Positions 1-13,759 of a stretch of DNA of 64,000 bases are shown one piece after another. Location: positions 1,753-65,752 of the forward strand of contig CDMY01000492.1 of assembly GCA_001179505.1 (NCBI GenBank). The letters run 5' to 3'. The stretch comes from Vitrella brassicaformis CCMP3155. Its lineage: Eukaryota > Protista > Chromerida. The first letter of the stretch is position 1. The number at the start of each line of letters is the position of its first letter. The notes under the pieces are model-generated. The model ran no database searches and was not told where the DNA came from. It saw only the letters and a list, made by a program, of their open reading frames with translations. A program made the translations under genes and the position numbers.

Positions 1-330
1 TCTGATCGCTCATGCTTCTGTGAAAGTCAATTTTCACAACAGCGAAGAAAGACTTTGACACGCTCTTTGAGAGCTTCCCGGCTGGCAGCCGTGATCGATG
101 CCGCCTCCTCTCCTGCCTGGGGCCTCTGTCGTCTGGCTGGCTGTCGGCCATCCCCGCCTATACCCGAGGTGACAAGCGCAAGTGCCTGAACAACTACGCC
201 TACCGCATGACCACTGCCCTTACCCTCGGCCTCCCCTTCCCCCTCGCCAACCTGTCGTCCACATGCACGTGCGGGGCGACTATCGACGCACTGGGCGACC
301 ACTTCTTCCTCTGCCACCAGGCGACGGCCG
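1..330 (+). mobile_element. Fragment of CRE/R2-like (RLE-clade) non-LTR retrotransposon, family 1
   Basis: Hand translation gives RCRLLSCLGPLSSGWLSAIP...LGLPFP...CTCGATIDALGDHFFLCH (post-RT region plus CxC..H..C knuckle), homologous to the ORF at 24801-25355. Confidence 0.75.
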
Positions 331-333
331 AGC

Positions 334-793
334 GTGTGTTGTATATACAGGCAATGGGACCTTGAACCCTAGTCCTCGCCGGAGGCTCGGCCATACGGTT
401 CAAGGTCCCATTGCCTGTACAAAGGAAGGTTAAGGGTTTGTAGGGCGCAGATGGGTGTCAAACAAGCTGCTATGCTGGGGGCCGGAGGCAGGAGGCAGCA
501 GCAATTAAAGGCACTTTGAAAGCAACTTATTTTAAATCTTTGAAAGAAAGGAGGCGCCGAGATATAGCAGTCTTTAAAGCCAGTGAATGAAAGCACTTAG
601 AAAACCTATGCAAGTGTCTTATCAGATCGCCATAGGGTGCAGATGGGTGTCAAACAAGCTGCTATGCTGGGGGCCGGAGGCAGGAGGCAGCAGCAATTAA
701 AGGCACTTTGAAAGCAACTTATTGTAAACCTTCCTTTGTAACTCCGGCTCGGCCATAGGGTTCAAGGTCCCATTGCCTGTATATACAACACAC
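334..793. mobile_element. Composite non-autonomous TIR element (nested MITEs)
   Basis: Perfect 38-bp inverted repeat at 334-371 and 756-793; internal hairpin 346-368/397-419; inner 12-bp TIR 420-431/727-738 flanked by TA on both sides; no coding capacity. Confidence 0.75.
441..722. repeat. 90-bp direct repeat pair inside the MITE
   Basis: 441-530 and 633-722 are identical except one C/T. Confidence 0.95.
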
Positions 794-885
794 ATTGGCC
801 GTCGCTGGTCCCGGATCGCTCCGGCCCCGAGATGCCCCCAACGCAGCTCCTTCTCCCCTCTTCTCTCTCCCCTCTTCTCTCCCGC

Positions 886-3800
886 ATGGGCATCTTATCG
901 GCTCTTGTCTGTCTGGTCGTTTTCCTTTCGTATCTATTGACGGTTCTTGCGCCGCCCAAGAAGTATTATGGAACGCCAGACTTTCCCAGCGCGTGGCTCC
1001 ATCGGCCCCATAGCTGCAGGTACATCTGCCCAGCGCGCTCCATGTGGGGTCTAAGGCTTCTTTTGCGTGTGTGTCTTGCGTGGGTGACACTGTGGCTCTT
1101 GCTTAGTTGGTACTACATTGACGCTGCGCAGGCCCGCAAGTACGATGACTTGCGAGAGTCCTGCGAAATGGCAAAGGAAGATATGAATGGAGACGTGGTC
1201 AGTGATCGCGCTGGTGGCACGCACTGAATTCGCATCCATCTATTCGCTTGTCTGTCTGGCTGCAGCTGGTTATTGACGATGACTACGAGTCAAGGTGGCT
1301 GGCGGAGTACCTCCGCTCACAAGGGGAGACTGGTCTATCATATTGGACCTTGTTCAAGAGAGTAAACAGCTACATGTCATCGCCAGCTAGGGTGTGTCGC
1401 CTGCCTGGTATCTGCGCTTGTCAGCTGGGAGATTGGCCGACTGAGCAGCCGGATAAGATGCCGGATCTCGGAGGAACAGCAACAGGTCATTCGCGCACAA
1501 GCCTATGCATGTATGCATGCATAGATTGGTCCTGTGTCGCTTGCTGTTTTGCGACAGAACGCTGTGGGTGGGTCCCAGGGGGTGATTGGGATTGGAATGG
1601 GGCTGCAGCTGGGTCGTGGGAGGTTCGTTGGGATAACAGAGAGCCCTGGTAGTTGAGCTACATGATCATTGATGTGATAATGTGTGGAGCGCGCTTGCCT
1701 GCGTCGTTCAGGGACGCGTCACATGGATGGGGGGTCGTGTCAGTCAAAGGGGCTGAATACGACGAGCCCTGGGACCTGGTCATGGTGTCAAGTGCCCACT
1801 CTACCTCCCGTCCTGCCATCGTAAGCAACCGAAAGGATGGACGTATATACATGTGCTTGCAGGCATTGATTGGTCTCGTCTCTTTCCTTCCTTCCTGTGT
1901 GCAGTGTGAGAAAAGAGAGAGCGCCTGTGGTCAGACCCAATCGATACATTTGCTACCTTCAGCGACCCTTGTGGTTGTCCCTCTGCTTCAGTTGATGCTC
2001 CCACCGTCATGATCCGAACGGCCACAGCCTTTCCTGCGACGCCTGCAGATCAGGTGTTCGAAGTAAACCTGACCTTCTCGGACCCGATCAACAACCTGAG
2101 TTTCGACGTCGATTTCACCAACCCAGCCAGCTGGCAGACCATTGGAGGGGTGGGGGGAGCCGTCGCGTCGATGCAACAGACCGGCACACACGAAATCAAG
2201 GAGACGATAAGGGCCGTGCAGCCGGGGTGGGTCACATTACAGGTGAAGGACATGGTGTTTACGCGCACGGCCGATGGGCAGCAAAACACAGCTTCAAACA
2301 AACTCATTTTCTACTCTGGTTGGCACCATGTACATAAGCAACATTTCTACCGGCCTGGACTGGTGCATGCCCCACGTATCAGGTTGCCACATGGCGTGGA
2401 GTGAAGACAAAAGTGTGGATCCTTCAGAGACACTGAGCGCATACAGGTACACATGCACGCGTGGAGACACCAATTCAAACGGATATATACATGCATACAT
2501 ACACGCGTTTCCCGCTCTCTCTCTCTTCCCTTCTTTCCCCCCTTCTAGTTGGTGGCATTGCGGCAGGTACAGTCTCGTTGGTGGCAGACAGTCAAAGTGC
2601 CTCACAGACACATTGGGCATGTGTGTGTGTGTGTGTCCAGGTTGTGCAAGGACCGGCCTGCATGCCAGATTTATGTGTTCGAAGCTGTGAGCGGCTTGCC
2701 GGGAGGCGGCACCCTCCCGTCAGCCTGTCACATCTATGAAGACCCCGATTTTAGCGGCCCTGTCGATCCCAGTAAAGTCAAAAGCACGCGATCATGCGCC
2801 GAGAGGACAGGTGCATACACGCATACACAGTAGGTAGCGAAAGCACGTAACAATACATAACGCATTGATGCTTGCAGACGTCACCGCTCCCAGGCTGTCT
2901 CTGGTGCGCAAAGTGGACGGATCGGGAGCCATCCTGGGCGGCGGCACTCTCAACGCCTTCTATGACCACTCGAAGAACATTCACATGCACGTGGACATCT
3001 TCCTGAGCGAACCCATCAAGTACTTTGACCCCAGTGATCTCGAGGTCACTGGGCAAAACTGTTCCATCTCTGGCGAGCTGGGCTTCGGTGGGGGATCTGC
3101 CGTCTTGAAGAAGAAATCCAATGGCATCGGCACGACCTGGCCCCCGTGGGACACACATTTCCGCCTCTTGGTGAGTCAGTCAGACACGCGCGCACATTTG
3201 AATCACCAAGTGTCACCTGTCTTTTGTTCGCCAGCTACGAATGGACGAGAGTCCTCCGTGGTTCGTTACGGGGAAGGTAACGATCGCACTGAGCCCCTCG
3301 TCAAACGCAAAGGACTTCTCCAACAGCCCCATCGCCCCTGGATCGGCCAGTATCGAATTCAACATCATCCCAGGTCACTCACATGTGACACTGCAGCGCG
3401 AAAAGACGAACGATAAATGCGTTGTCTCTCCGTCGCTGGTGTGCGTGCAGGGTGCGACACAATGCAGAGAATGAACGACACGGTTCTGACGGGCGGCACT
3501 CTGAAGGACTGGATGGGTGTGCCTGGGCATGATTTCGGATCGTGTGCTTACACGTGTCGAGTGGAGCCCTCGTGCAGTGGGTTCAGCTTCAACAAAAGCG
3601 ACGGCACGTGTTGCCTCAAGTGGGGACCACAGGAGGATGGGGAGGGAGGGTGGGTGCCCTCAGCCATGACGTCAATCGACTCGGCCGTGCGCGACTGTCA
3701 ATGCGCCACTGACTGCTTTGGTCAGTCCACGCTTCACGTTTACTGCACGTACGAGACACACTGCGCGCGATTGGGGCTCGTTTCACTTGCAGAAGTTTTT

Positions 3801-6800
3801 CTGCCACAAGTGTGTGGCGACGGCATTGTTTCGGGCAATGAGACCTGTGACGACGGCAACGAGGCATCCTTGGATGGATGCTCCGCTACATGCCAAGAGG
3901 AAGATGGGTGGTTGTGCATGACGCCAGGCCAGCTGTGCTCACGTAGGGCAAATACCAACAAACATGTTGTGTGAAAGCAGCATGCGTGCTGATGTGGGAA
4001 TCGCCGCCCCTCTGCCGGCTCCTTTTTTCTCCCGTTCAGCTCTAGTGTGCGGCGATGGACTGCTCGCTGGCTCCGAACAATGTGATGACAACAACACCGC
4101 GTCTCTCGACGGGTGCTCTGATGCGTGCCAGATTGAGGAGGGATGGACCTGTCCCACGCCAGGGGAGCTTTGCGCACCAATCTGCGGCGATGGCCTCTTG
4201 AAGGGAAACGAGCAGTGTGACGATGGGGGCATAAACAATGGTGTGTCAAGCGGCGGGTACTGCAGACGAGACACGCCAGCGCATTGATTCTGTCGTCTGT
4301 CTGCATTCACGATGTGGTGTCCTCCTCCGTCTAGGCGATGGCTGCAGCGGTAGCTGCGGCATAGAATCAGGCTGGCTGTGTCCGACGCCGGGATCACCAT
4401 GCGTTCGTAAGCACACAGGGAGACGACAGGGCTGTGTGTGGTTGCTGCCTGCATGTTGTCTGTCTGTCTGTCACTCAGCCAAGTGTGGCGACGACATTGT
4501 TGTGGGAAACGAGACCTGCGACGATGGCAATGAGGCATCATTAGATGGATGCTCATCAATCTGCACCGTCGAGCCAGGGTGGACGTGCCCTATACCAGGG
4601 TCGCTCTGCGGTGAGAGCGACACAACGAGCCACGCTTGGCTGTCTCATTGGCTTGTCTGTCTGCATGGGTCAGTTCGCATACCGACGGAACCCCCCACTA
4701 CTGATAGCTGCTTTTGCTCAGAGGGCTTCGGCTGTGGTCAGCAGGCTTCATATACTCTAACCATTAATGTGACTGCTATGTCCTGCATACGTGCAGTCAA
4801 CAACGTGTGCAGCAACTGTAGACTCGCATTCGGTCGGTCGGTCGGTCGGTCGGATGCGCCTGATTGCATGTGCCAAACACGTGACTGGACAGTGTCTTTG
4901 ATATTTGATACATCATGTGCAGACACTCCGGTGCGGTATGCGTGCTACCAGGACTGGACCGCTGACGAGTGCACGGAAGCCGGTGCAAACTACACATGGT
5001 GCGGCACAGGTGAGCGCGCGGTTTACCAATTCCTTCCCGTCTGTCTGATCGCCACTGTCCTTCACTGTTGTGTAGCCCCGACGCCGCCCCCCTCACTGAT
5101 CGATGACATCACCGATGACGTCGATAAGCTCAAAGTGAGCATGGCAGAGAGTGAGCCAGTCGCATCCCTTCCTGCCTCAGATCGACACTGACCCCTCACG
5201 TGTTGCCTTCCCACCATAGGACGAGCAGGCCCTGAACGAGACGCAGGTGGGTGATGCCATCGACGAGCTGCTGGATGAAGAAGAATCGGGCGGCCCCACC
5301 GCCCCGCCAATCGACTCGGTGGATGCCTTCGCTGAGCGGCTGGTGCGCGCGGTCCAGGTGGCCAACGCCCTCAAGAACAAGGACATGGACGGCGTCTTGC
5401 TTGAAAGAAATATCACCGATGGCGACGTCAAGGCACAGAAGCGAGTCATCATGAGGGCACTGCTCAAAGACATCGCTAAGGTGACACGACCGACACGCCG
5501 TATGAACTCACGTTGCCAGAATGCACCCCGTGCTGTCTTGTGCTTTGCTTGCTATCCCTGCACGTCATGTTGTGCGTTAGGTGGCGACTGAGCGATCGAC
5601 TGGCGGTCTCGTCGGCGTGGCGAGCACCCCATCTGAGGTGCTCCTGTCGGCCGTCACACTTGCGACAACGGTAGAGGCGGCCGACGAGGCAGAGAGCGCC
5701 GACATTGACGACACCTCGACGGCGGTCTCGGCATTCACCTCTCTCGCGAACATCTCGAAGGACGCCATCGCACAGGCAGACGACGCAACTGCAGCGGGGA
5801 CAGCCAAGGCTCTCAGTGGCGTCGAACATTATCTGGACGCAGCAGCGGGCCTCTTCAGACAGCTTAAACGCACTGCTAAGTCCCCGCCAGCGCCGCAGGC
5901 GAGTCGACGGCTGACGGCCGACGCATATCATAATATGTCATCTGATATCCACACGTCCACGGCGTGGCTGGGGGACGGCCTCGCGGGCAGCCTTGCCGCG
6001 TCTGCCCGAGACAGCGTGGAGGTCGTCAGCCCAAGCGGAGGCACACATATCAAAGTGGCGGACCCGGCCAGAGTCAGCGGGCAACCCGTATTGACGATGA
6101 CCACGGCCCAGCAACCCGTGGCTGTGAGCTTTCCCTCATCAGTCGACTCTTCAACGGCCAGCTGCAGCGGGGCTCAGAGCGCCCAGAGCATACAGATGAC
6201 CTTCTGGTCCCAGGATCCGTACACCTATGCTGACAGCGACGTTCCGATCAACGAGACGCAGACCAACAACACCATCAAGAGCGCTGCCCAGGGCACCCTC
6301 ACCGTGGAGGTGTGTAGCATAAATGTATCTCTAGCCTTAAGCATGCTGCCCTTCGTCTGCTCTGCTTGTTTGCCTCCCTCAGAGTCGCCAGTGTGGCAGT
6401 GCTTTGGCACTGCGTTCGTCCAGCGTCGACGAGCCATTTCGTCTCTTCCTGCCGCGGCCCTCTGCGACCCATCTGAGGCGCCTGCAATCGGCATCAGTGA
6501 ACCGGACAGTGACTGTGGAGGAGGCGTGTGGGTTCTGGAACGACGCGACGCACCAATGGGACACACAAGGTACATTTTTGGACTCCATTTCTTTGGAGGG
6601 ACGCACACACACACATGCACGCATGCACATGTATCAATGCATGAATCAATAATCACTTGTAGGGTGCCGCACAAGCGAAGCTCGCTCGAATGCTACCACT
6701 TTGTGCTGTGAGTGCGGTCACCTGACATCCTTCAGTTCACTTTTCAGGTGAGAGGCGATGCATCGCCGCATTTCAGGTGACGTTGCCTTTCCGTCTGCAT

Positions 6801-9800
6801 GGGTGCATACAGGAGTGTGATTCGGGAGAGCAGCATTGAGGATGTGCTGGGTGGCGCCGGGGACTCCCTCAAGTGAGCACTGAGAGGATCGTGCGAGCCA
6901 GTATCATCGTAAATCGGTACCGTGCTCTTACGCATGGATGTAGGAACATGGCTGACATTGACGCATGGGTCAAGAACATCGCGGGGACATTTGTGCTCGT
7001 CATGATCGCTATCCACCTCGTATGTTTGGCGCTATCGATATACTTCGACTGTCGTCATCCGTACGCAAACACACTACCAAAGTGCAATGAACGTGGCCAT
7101 ACTACGCTGCTCACGTCTCTCTCTCTCTCTGTCCACCCGTGTGTAGCATCACAGATCAGATTCTGCTCGACATTGTCAGCAACACAATTTACCAATCCAC
7201 AACACACAAACAACAGCCTCTGTCTGTCTGTCTGTCTGTCTGGTCAGTGGATGACCGATCCACTTCTAGACGCGAGACACGCGGCGGTAAGTGAGTTCGT
7301 GAGTGCGTGAGTGCGTGAGTTGTGTGTGGGTAGAGCAGAGCCTGCCTTGCCGTCCATGCATGCATGGATACGTACCCTCCCTCTCTCCTTGGCTGGCTGA
7401 CTTTCAGCGGACTCGTGTCCAGAAGGGCTTGCAATCTTGCACCCGCAGGGCCTACCATCCCTGGTGGTGTGATTTCTTCATATGCCGCCTGTTCGGGGGC
7501 ATCTATCTTCACTGCAGAAAGCGAGAGCCCACCATGCACCTACAAGAGCTGCGCACTCTCAGGTGCGCCGCGCCCGATAGTTAGCACCCACGGCTGAGTC
7601 TGACACGCGGGCGGACGGCCCGTCCCCCCCTTGCCTGGCCTGCCTCAGGTCTGTCCGTCATGAGCTGATGCATGAGCCGACCAAGGGGCGGACCGAGGGC
7701 TTCACCAGCATCGAAGCTGTGGCTACCAAGGAGGTCACAAAGACAAGCCCTGTCTCCGTGTATTCGGCCTCCACAGAACACACGAAGCTGCGCAGTCGTG
7801 TGCACGAGCCGGTGAAGCCGCTGAACGACTTGATCAAAGAGTCTTGGCGCTCGGCGAAACCCAAAGAAACAGTAGACTCCCGGTTGATCGCCAACAAGGC
7901 CATGTCGGGGCTCAGCGATGTGTCTCTCTCGGAGTTCGTCATCAGCGGTGAGTTGTCGCCCCGCAAACGCATCATCAAACATGTCGGCTCGGAAGGAGGG
8001 TCGGATTCCGAGGACCGGACGCCCGTCGACGAGCCACGAGTCAGAGAGCTGTCGTTTACCCCCAGTGACCAGGCTGTGGTCGATGCCAGAGGCATGCGGT
8101 CCATGGTGGGGCCAGACAAGGACTGGAAGGACCGACCCAAGGACGTCAAATTGATCAAGTAAGCAAGCAAATGGCCGGCTGCCTGCCCGTCTCTTTCACT
8201 GCCTCTGTCTGCAACCAACGGTAACCCATTGAGTACGTGTCTTACTTACTGAATTGCTTGACGCAGGAGTGGCGTCTTGAAGGAGGCGCTCCGCCAGCGT
8301 CTGTTGCTGGAGCTGCAGCGTCAGCAGGCCGCGGCTGTCATCATTCAGAGACGCTGGCGGGCCATTCTGGAGCGCATGGTGGCCGAAGCCGACGAACAGA
8401 AGGCTCAGGAGGCTCTCTGCGAGGGGCAAGCGGAGGTAAATGAGGCGCCCGTGCGGCCGGCACTCATTGGGCGCCCCCAGCTGCAGCAGGACACGGCCGA
8501 CGCGACGAGACACGCACGCCATATCCAGTTCGCCAACATGGGCGAGCAGGTCGGCGATGCCGACTCCCCCATGTCCATCCACCGCCTGCAGACGGGCATG
8601 TCCGTCCAGCCGGGCCTTGAGAAGATCATGTCGACAGTGCGGGATGACATCGAGGGTGACACCGACAGCGCCGGTGGCGTATCGCCAAAGCTGCACACTG
8701 GCCAGACAATCCCCATCGACGCTTACTTCGGTGAAGAACCCGACGAACAAGCTGACGTGAAGCTGACGGTGGACCGTGAGACCAAGGGCTGTAAGACAGG
8801 CTACAAGAAGTCCGTGTCAATCGTGGCCGAAGGAGACGGCAAAGGAGGAAAGAAGCGAACGGTTGCCGCAGCACGCCGCAAGTCTGTGACCGACTCGTGG
8901 CTCGATGTCAATGCCGGTAGGTAGTTACACATAGGTAGGTTATGTGTGTTGTAATATATCTAATGTCTATTTCTCCTTTGGCATGCAGAGGTCGACTTGA
9001 TGGTGACTCTGTGGGGCGTCATGGCTGCTGTGTATAAATACAATGTGCCCTGTTTCTCTCAGGTGACCCGGACTCTCCGGCGAGTCGAATACGTTGAGTG
9101 GGGTCCAAGCAAGATGTTCCGTGAGGTGGTCAGACGGGACCATCCGCTGTTCAAGCTGTTCATACTGAACCCAACGTCTGCTTCACAGAGAGAGACAACA
9201 AAAAACGCACAAAGACACGGATAGAGATGTCTGCTCCTGTCTTTTGTGTGTCGCATGCTTTGTCAGGTATACTGCCGTGCAGCGCACCTTGTTCTTCGGC
9301 TCCATTAGTTTGGGCATCCTCACCATGTGCGCCGTGTTCTTTGACCGACCGAGGCAGGGAGCGGGTGACACCGTCTTGTTGGCCTTCAATGGAAATGAGA
9401 TCGCTTGGCAACTGACGTTGCGGCAACTAGTCGTGCTCCTCTGGTAAGCAAACACTAATGACTAATCAAAAGGTTGTGTCGCCGGGCGGGCTGGCTGCTA
9501 CCTGGGTGGCACATTTTCTCTGATTCTCCGTGTAGGTCCATCATCCTGGCCAAACCGATCCCCTTGGCGCTCATCCTCCTCTTCCGCAAGGCCGTACCCC
9601 ACATTCGACCCTCTGCCCGAAGAAGCAGTAAGGGGAAAAAAATGCGTGCGTCTTCTGTGGCTGCGGTGTGCGTGCATATTTGTGTACGTGCAGCTGCCTA
9701 TTCACTCAAGACCGGCCTGTCTCAGAAAACTGCCTTCTTGCGTACGGTTGGCAGACCGGTCGCTGACATCACTGGCCGGCACTCTGGTAAGGCCTGCCTG

Positions 9801-10599
9801 TCCAAGGCGAAAGAGAAAACGCCTCTGTGGTATCCACCTGCACTGCCTTGCCCATCTTGTAGGTCATTTCCCACTTTCGACGAAGATGGCTGTGCTGTTT
9901 CGTTGGCGCCTGAAGGAGCGGATCGGCATCGCGATCGGGCTGCTGTATTGGTTCGCATGTGATGCCTTCCTGCTCCTTTTCGCCTTCTCTGAGCGGCTGG
10001 CGGAGTCCACTCCCGAGCGGCCGCCGAGGATCATCTACCAAGTGAGCAGATAGGAGCACATACACTACACACACCATGAGACCATGTGGTACGTGACCCA
10101 GTGTGCGTATCAACAGATTTGGACACAGCATGGTTTGTGTATGTGTGCAGGACTTCGTGCTCGCGTGTACGTGCACACACTGGCCATGTGCTCCATGGAT
10201 GCGGGCATGTCATGAATGCGCTCACGAGACCCCACTGTGTCGTTTGCGTGCAATTGCAGGCACAGTCGAGCTGCTCAACTCGTTCATTATTCAGCCGATT
10301 CTCTTTTTTATGGTGTTATCTCTGCTGCTAATGGCCATCCTCCGCATTGGCGTATGCGACTGGGTCGTGTGGTTCATGCCACACTGGTTCGACTTCTCAT
10401 TCTCGGTCCGTACGGCCGTCAGTCACACGCACACACGCACAAATACAATACCGACATGCCAGCAGTCGGGTTGATGTTTTGTGTGCTTCCATGGCGTACA
10501 CACGTGCAGGGTGCTCAGGGAATCCACGAGCTGACCATCCAGCTCCAGGCCATCACCGACACACACGAACTCGCCAGAGGCATTCTTGGATTCGCGTAA
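886..10599 (+). CDS. Multi-exon polycystin-1-like / GPS-domain cell-surface receptor
   Basis: Signal-peptide-like start MGILSALVCLVVFLSYLL; exons encode Ig-like beta domains, PAN, CGDG..CDDGN repeats, GPS motif, a TM helix (~6970-7050), an IQ motif, and a PKD1-like DHPLFKLFILNP..YTAVQRTLFF..LGILTMCAVFF motif with further TM helices ending LARGILGFA-stop at 10599; GT-AG introns rich in microsatellites. The 5' exons (886-2000) may belong to this gene or to a separate one. Confidence 0.7.
1108..1650 (+). other. C-type-lectin-like domain (split across exons)
   Basis: YYIDAAQARKYDDLRESCE..LVIDDDYESRWLAEYL..SYWTLFKR..DWDWNG..WDNREP follows C-type lectin motif spacing by eye. Confidence 0.4.
2009..3375 (+). 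other. Bacterial-Ig-like beta-sandwich exons
   Basis: FEVNLTFSDPINNLSFDVDF and MHVDIFLSEPIKYFDPSDLEVTG resemble the V.F.FSE.V..F...D..V pattern of Big-type domains. Confidence 0.5.
3450..3720 (+). other. PAN/Apple domain exon
   Basis: SCAYTCRVEPSCSGFSFNKSDGTCCLK matches the C..C....C..F.F......C.LK pattern. Confidence 0.7.
3810..4610 (+). other. Myxococcus-type Cys-rich repeats (about 4-5 copies)
   Basis: CGDGIVSGNETCDDGNEASLDGCSATC, CGDGLLAGSEQCDDNNTASLDGCSDAC, CGDGLLKGNEQCDDG, CGDDIVVGNETCDDGNEASLDGCSSIC. Confidence 0.88.
6505..6748 (+). other. GPS (GAIN C-terminal) autoproteolysis motif
   Basis: ACGFWNDATHQWDTQG / intron / CRTSEARSNATTLCCECGHLTSFSSLF; HL|T consensus at 6719-6727. Confidence 0.88.
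8328..8378 (+). other. IQ-like calmodulin-binding motif
   Basis: AAAVIIQRRWRAILERM. Confidence 0.55.
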
Positions 10600-11432
10600 G
10601 CAAAATGTTTATATGCATACACACACACATACATGATAGAACCCTGCGGCAAACACTTTGTGCGTATGTGTGTCTCCTGTGCTCAGGGGATTGAACATCG
10701 ACTCGATAGGCATGGTGCAAGACGTCTTCACCTTCTGAGTGTTTAAGGTTTAAATGCTTACAGCCAGAGCGTAAAGGTGCTTGTTTTTCGGCCATTTTAA
10801 AGGTGGGACAGGCGTCTGATTGTCGCCTTGTTAGTAGTGACACACTGTCGGACTCTTGTTTAGTAATTTGCCCGCTAGACCCGTTAATTTAGTGCTTGCT
10901 TGGGGAGGTGCTTTTGAATACTAAATCCTTACCCAGCTGTCTGCCTCTTTGCTTGCAGCCAGCTGCCCGTCCGTGAGTCTGTCTGTCATGTATGCACATA
11001 TCAGTTCAGAGTCTCGAAACCGACGAAGGCCGGCGTCGGATTCAGTGCTTCTGACGCCACTCGTCGAGTTCGACCACATGACATTCGAATTCGTGGGTCG
11101 CCACACGCCGCTTCATCATATGACCAGCCTCCCCCCGTATCTGCTGTTGGCCATGGCCGCTGCTGCTGCTGCTGCTGCTGGGTGTTCGTCATCTCACTCA
11201 TTGGCCGAATATGACATGTAGGATGTCTTCGAAGACCGCCTGACGTTTTTGCTGTGGCTCGCCCAGTGGGCAAGAAGCGTCCGATCAGGGTTTGTTACTA
11301 GCCGTTTTTCCCTGTGTTCGCTTCCAAGCTATGTAGCTTGACACACTGAAGCAAGGCGAGTCAGTGAGGTTGGTTGGGAGAGATTCCCTTCCGTAGAAGC
11401 GCTCACCGCGCCCATTGGCTTTACTCACTGAA

Positions 11433-13759
11433 TCATATACACACACTCCAAGTCCAAACGTGCATGGGCAAGTGTGCGCACAGAGACATTCATCATATAC
11501 ACATAATCCAAGTCCAAACGTGCATGGGCAAGTGTGCGCACAGAGACATTCATCGTATGCACACACTCCAAGCCGACGCGTGTATGGGCAGGTGTGCGCA
11601 CACAGACATTCATCATATGCACACACTCCAAGTGCAAACGTGCATGCGCAGGTGTGCGCACACAGACATTCATCATATGCACACACTCCAAATCGACGCG
11701 TGCATGAGCAGGTGTGCGCGCAGAGACATTCATCATATACCCACACTCCAAATCGACGCGTGCATGAGCAGGTGTGCGCGCAGAGACATTCATCGTATGC
11801 ACACACTCCAAGCCGACGCGTGTATGGGCAGGTGTGCGCACACAGGGCAACATTCATCATATGCACACACTCCAAGTCCAAACGCGCATGGGCAAGTGTG
11901 CGCACAGACATTCATCATATACACATAATCCAAGTCGACGCGTGCATGGGCAGGTGTGCGCATAGAGACATTCATCATATGCACACACTCCAAGTCGACG
12001 CGTGCATGCGCAGGTGTGCGCACACAGACATTCATCATATACACACTCCAAGTCGACACGTGCATGAGCAGGTGTGCGCATACAGACATTCATCATATAG
12101 ACACACTCCACACTCCAAGTCGACGCTTTCATGGGCAAGTGTGCGCACAGAGACATTCATCATATGCACACACTCCAAGTCCAAACGCGCATGGGCAAGT
12201 GTGCGCACAGAGACATTCATCATATACACATAATCCAAGTCGACGCTTCCATGGGCAAGTGTGCGCACAGAGACATTCATCATATACACATAATCCAAGT
12301 CGACGCGTGCATGCGCAGGTGTGCGCACAGAGACATTCATGACATACACGCACTCCAAGTCGATGCGTGGATGTGCAGGTGTGTGCACAGAGCCATTCAT
12401 CATATACACACACTCCAAATCCAAACGGGAATGCGCAGGTGTGCGCACAGAGACATTCATTACATACACACCCCAAGTCGACACGTGCATGCGCAGGTGT
12501 GTGCACAGATACATTCATCATATACACACACTCCAAATCCAGAAGGGAATGCGCAGGTGTGCGCACAGAGACATTGAGACATTCATCATATACACGCATT
12601 CCAAGTCGACACGTGGATGCGCAGGTGTGCGCACAGAAACATTCATCATATACACACACTCCAAATCCAAACGGGAATGCGCAGGTGTGCGCACAGAGAC
12701 ATTGAGATATTCATCATATACACGAACTCCAAGTCCACACGTGCATGCGCAGGTGTGCGCACAGATCCAATCATCATATACACGCACTCCAAGTGAAAAC
12801 GTGCACGCGCAGGTGTGCGCACATAGACATTCATCATATACACGCACTCCAAGTCCACACGTGTATGCGCACGTGCACGCGCAGGTGTGTGCACAGAGCC
12901 ATTCATCATATACACACACTCCAAACCCAAACGTGCATGCGCAGGTGTGCGCACAGAGCCATTCATCATATACACAGACTCCAAGTCGACACGTGCATGC
13001 GCAGGTGTGAGACATTCATGATATACACACACTCCAAATCCACACCTGCATGCGCAGGTGTGTGCACAGATCCATTCATCATATACACACACTCCAAATC
13101 CACACCTGCATGCGCAGGTGTGTGCACAGATCCATTCATCATATACACACACTCCAAATCCACACCTGCATGCGCAGGTGTGTGCACAGATCCATTCATC
13201 ATATACACCCTCCAAGTCGNNNNNNNNNNNNNNNNNNNNNNNNNNNNNNNNNNNNNNNNNNNNNNNNNNNNNNNNNNNNNNNNNNNNNNNNNNNNNNNNN
13301 NNNNNNNNNNNNNNNNNNNNNNNNNNNNNNNNNNNNNNNNNNNNNNNNNNNNNNNNNNNNNNNNNNNNNNNNNNNNNNNNNNNNNNNNNNNNNNNNNNNN
13401 NNNNNNNNNNNNNNNNNNNNNNNNNNNNNNNNNNNNNNNNNNNNNNNNNNNNNNNNNNNNNNNNNNNNNNNNNNNNNNNNNNNNNNNNNNNNNNNNNNNN
13501 NNNNNNNNNNNNNNNNNNNCGCGTGCATGCGCAGGTATGCGCACAGAGGCAAGGTGTGCGCACAGAGACATTCATCATATATACACCCTCCAAGTCGACG
13601 CGTACATACACACACTCCAAGCCAACACGTGCATGCGCAGGGGTGCGCACACACATGTTCATTATATACACACACTCCAAGTCCAAACGTGCATACGCAG
13701 GGGTGCGCACAGAGACATTCATCATATACACACCCTCCAAGTCGACACGTGCATGCGCA
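11433..13759 (+). repeat. 60-bp tandem satellite, array 1 (contains gap 13220-13519)
   Basis: Consensus CACACTCCAAGTCGACACGTGCATGCGCAGGTGTGCGCACAGAGACATTCATCATATACA; period aligns with the 60-nt lines from 11461. Confidence 0.97.
13220..13519. other. Assembly gap (300 N)
   Basis: N run. Confidence 1.

Noticed and set aside
10690-11430. Possible exons or TE remnant between the receptor gene and the satellite
   Set aside because: Short ORFs and a (GCT)n tract with no diagnostic motif or matching repeat in the window
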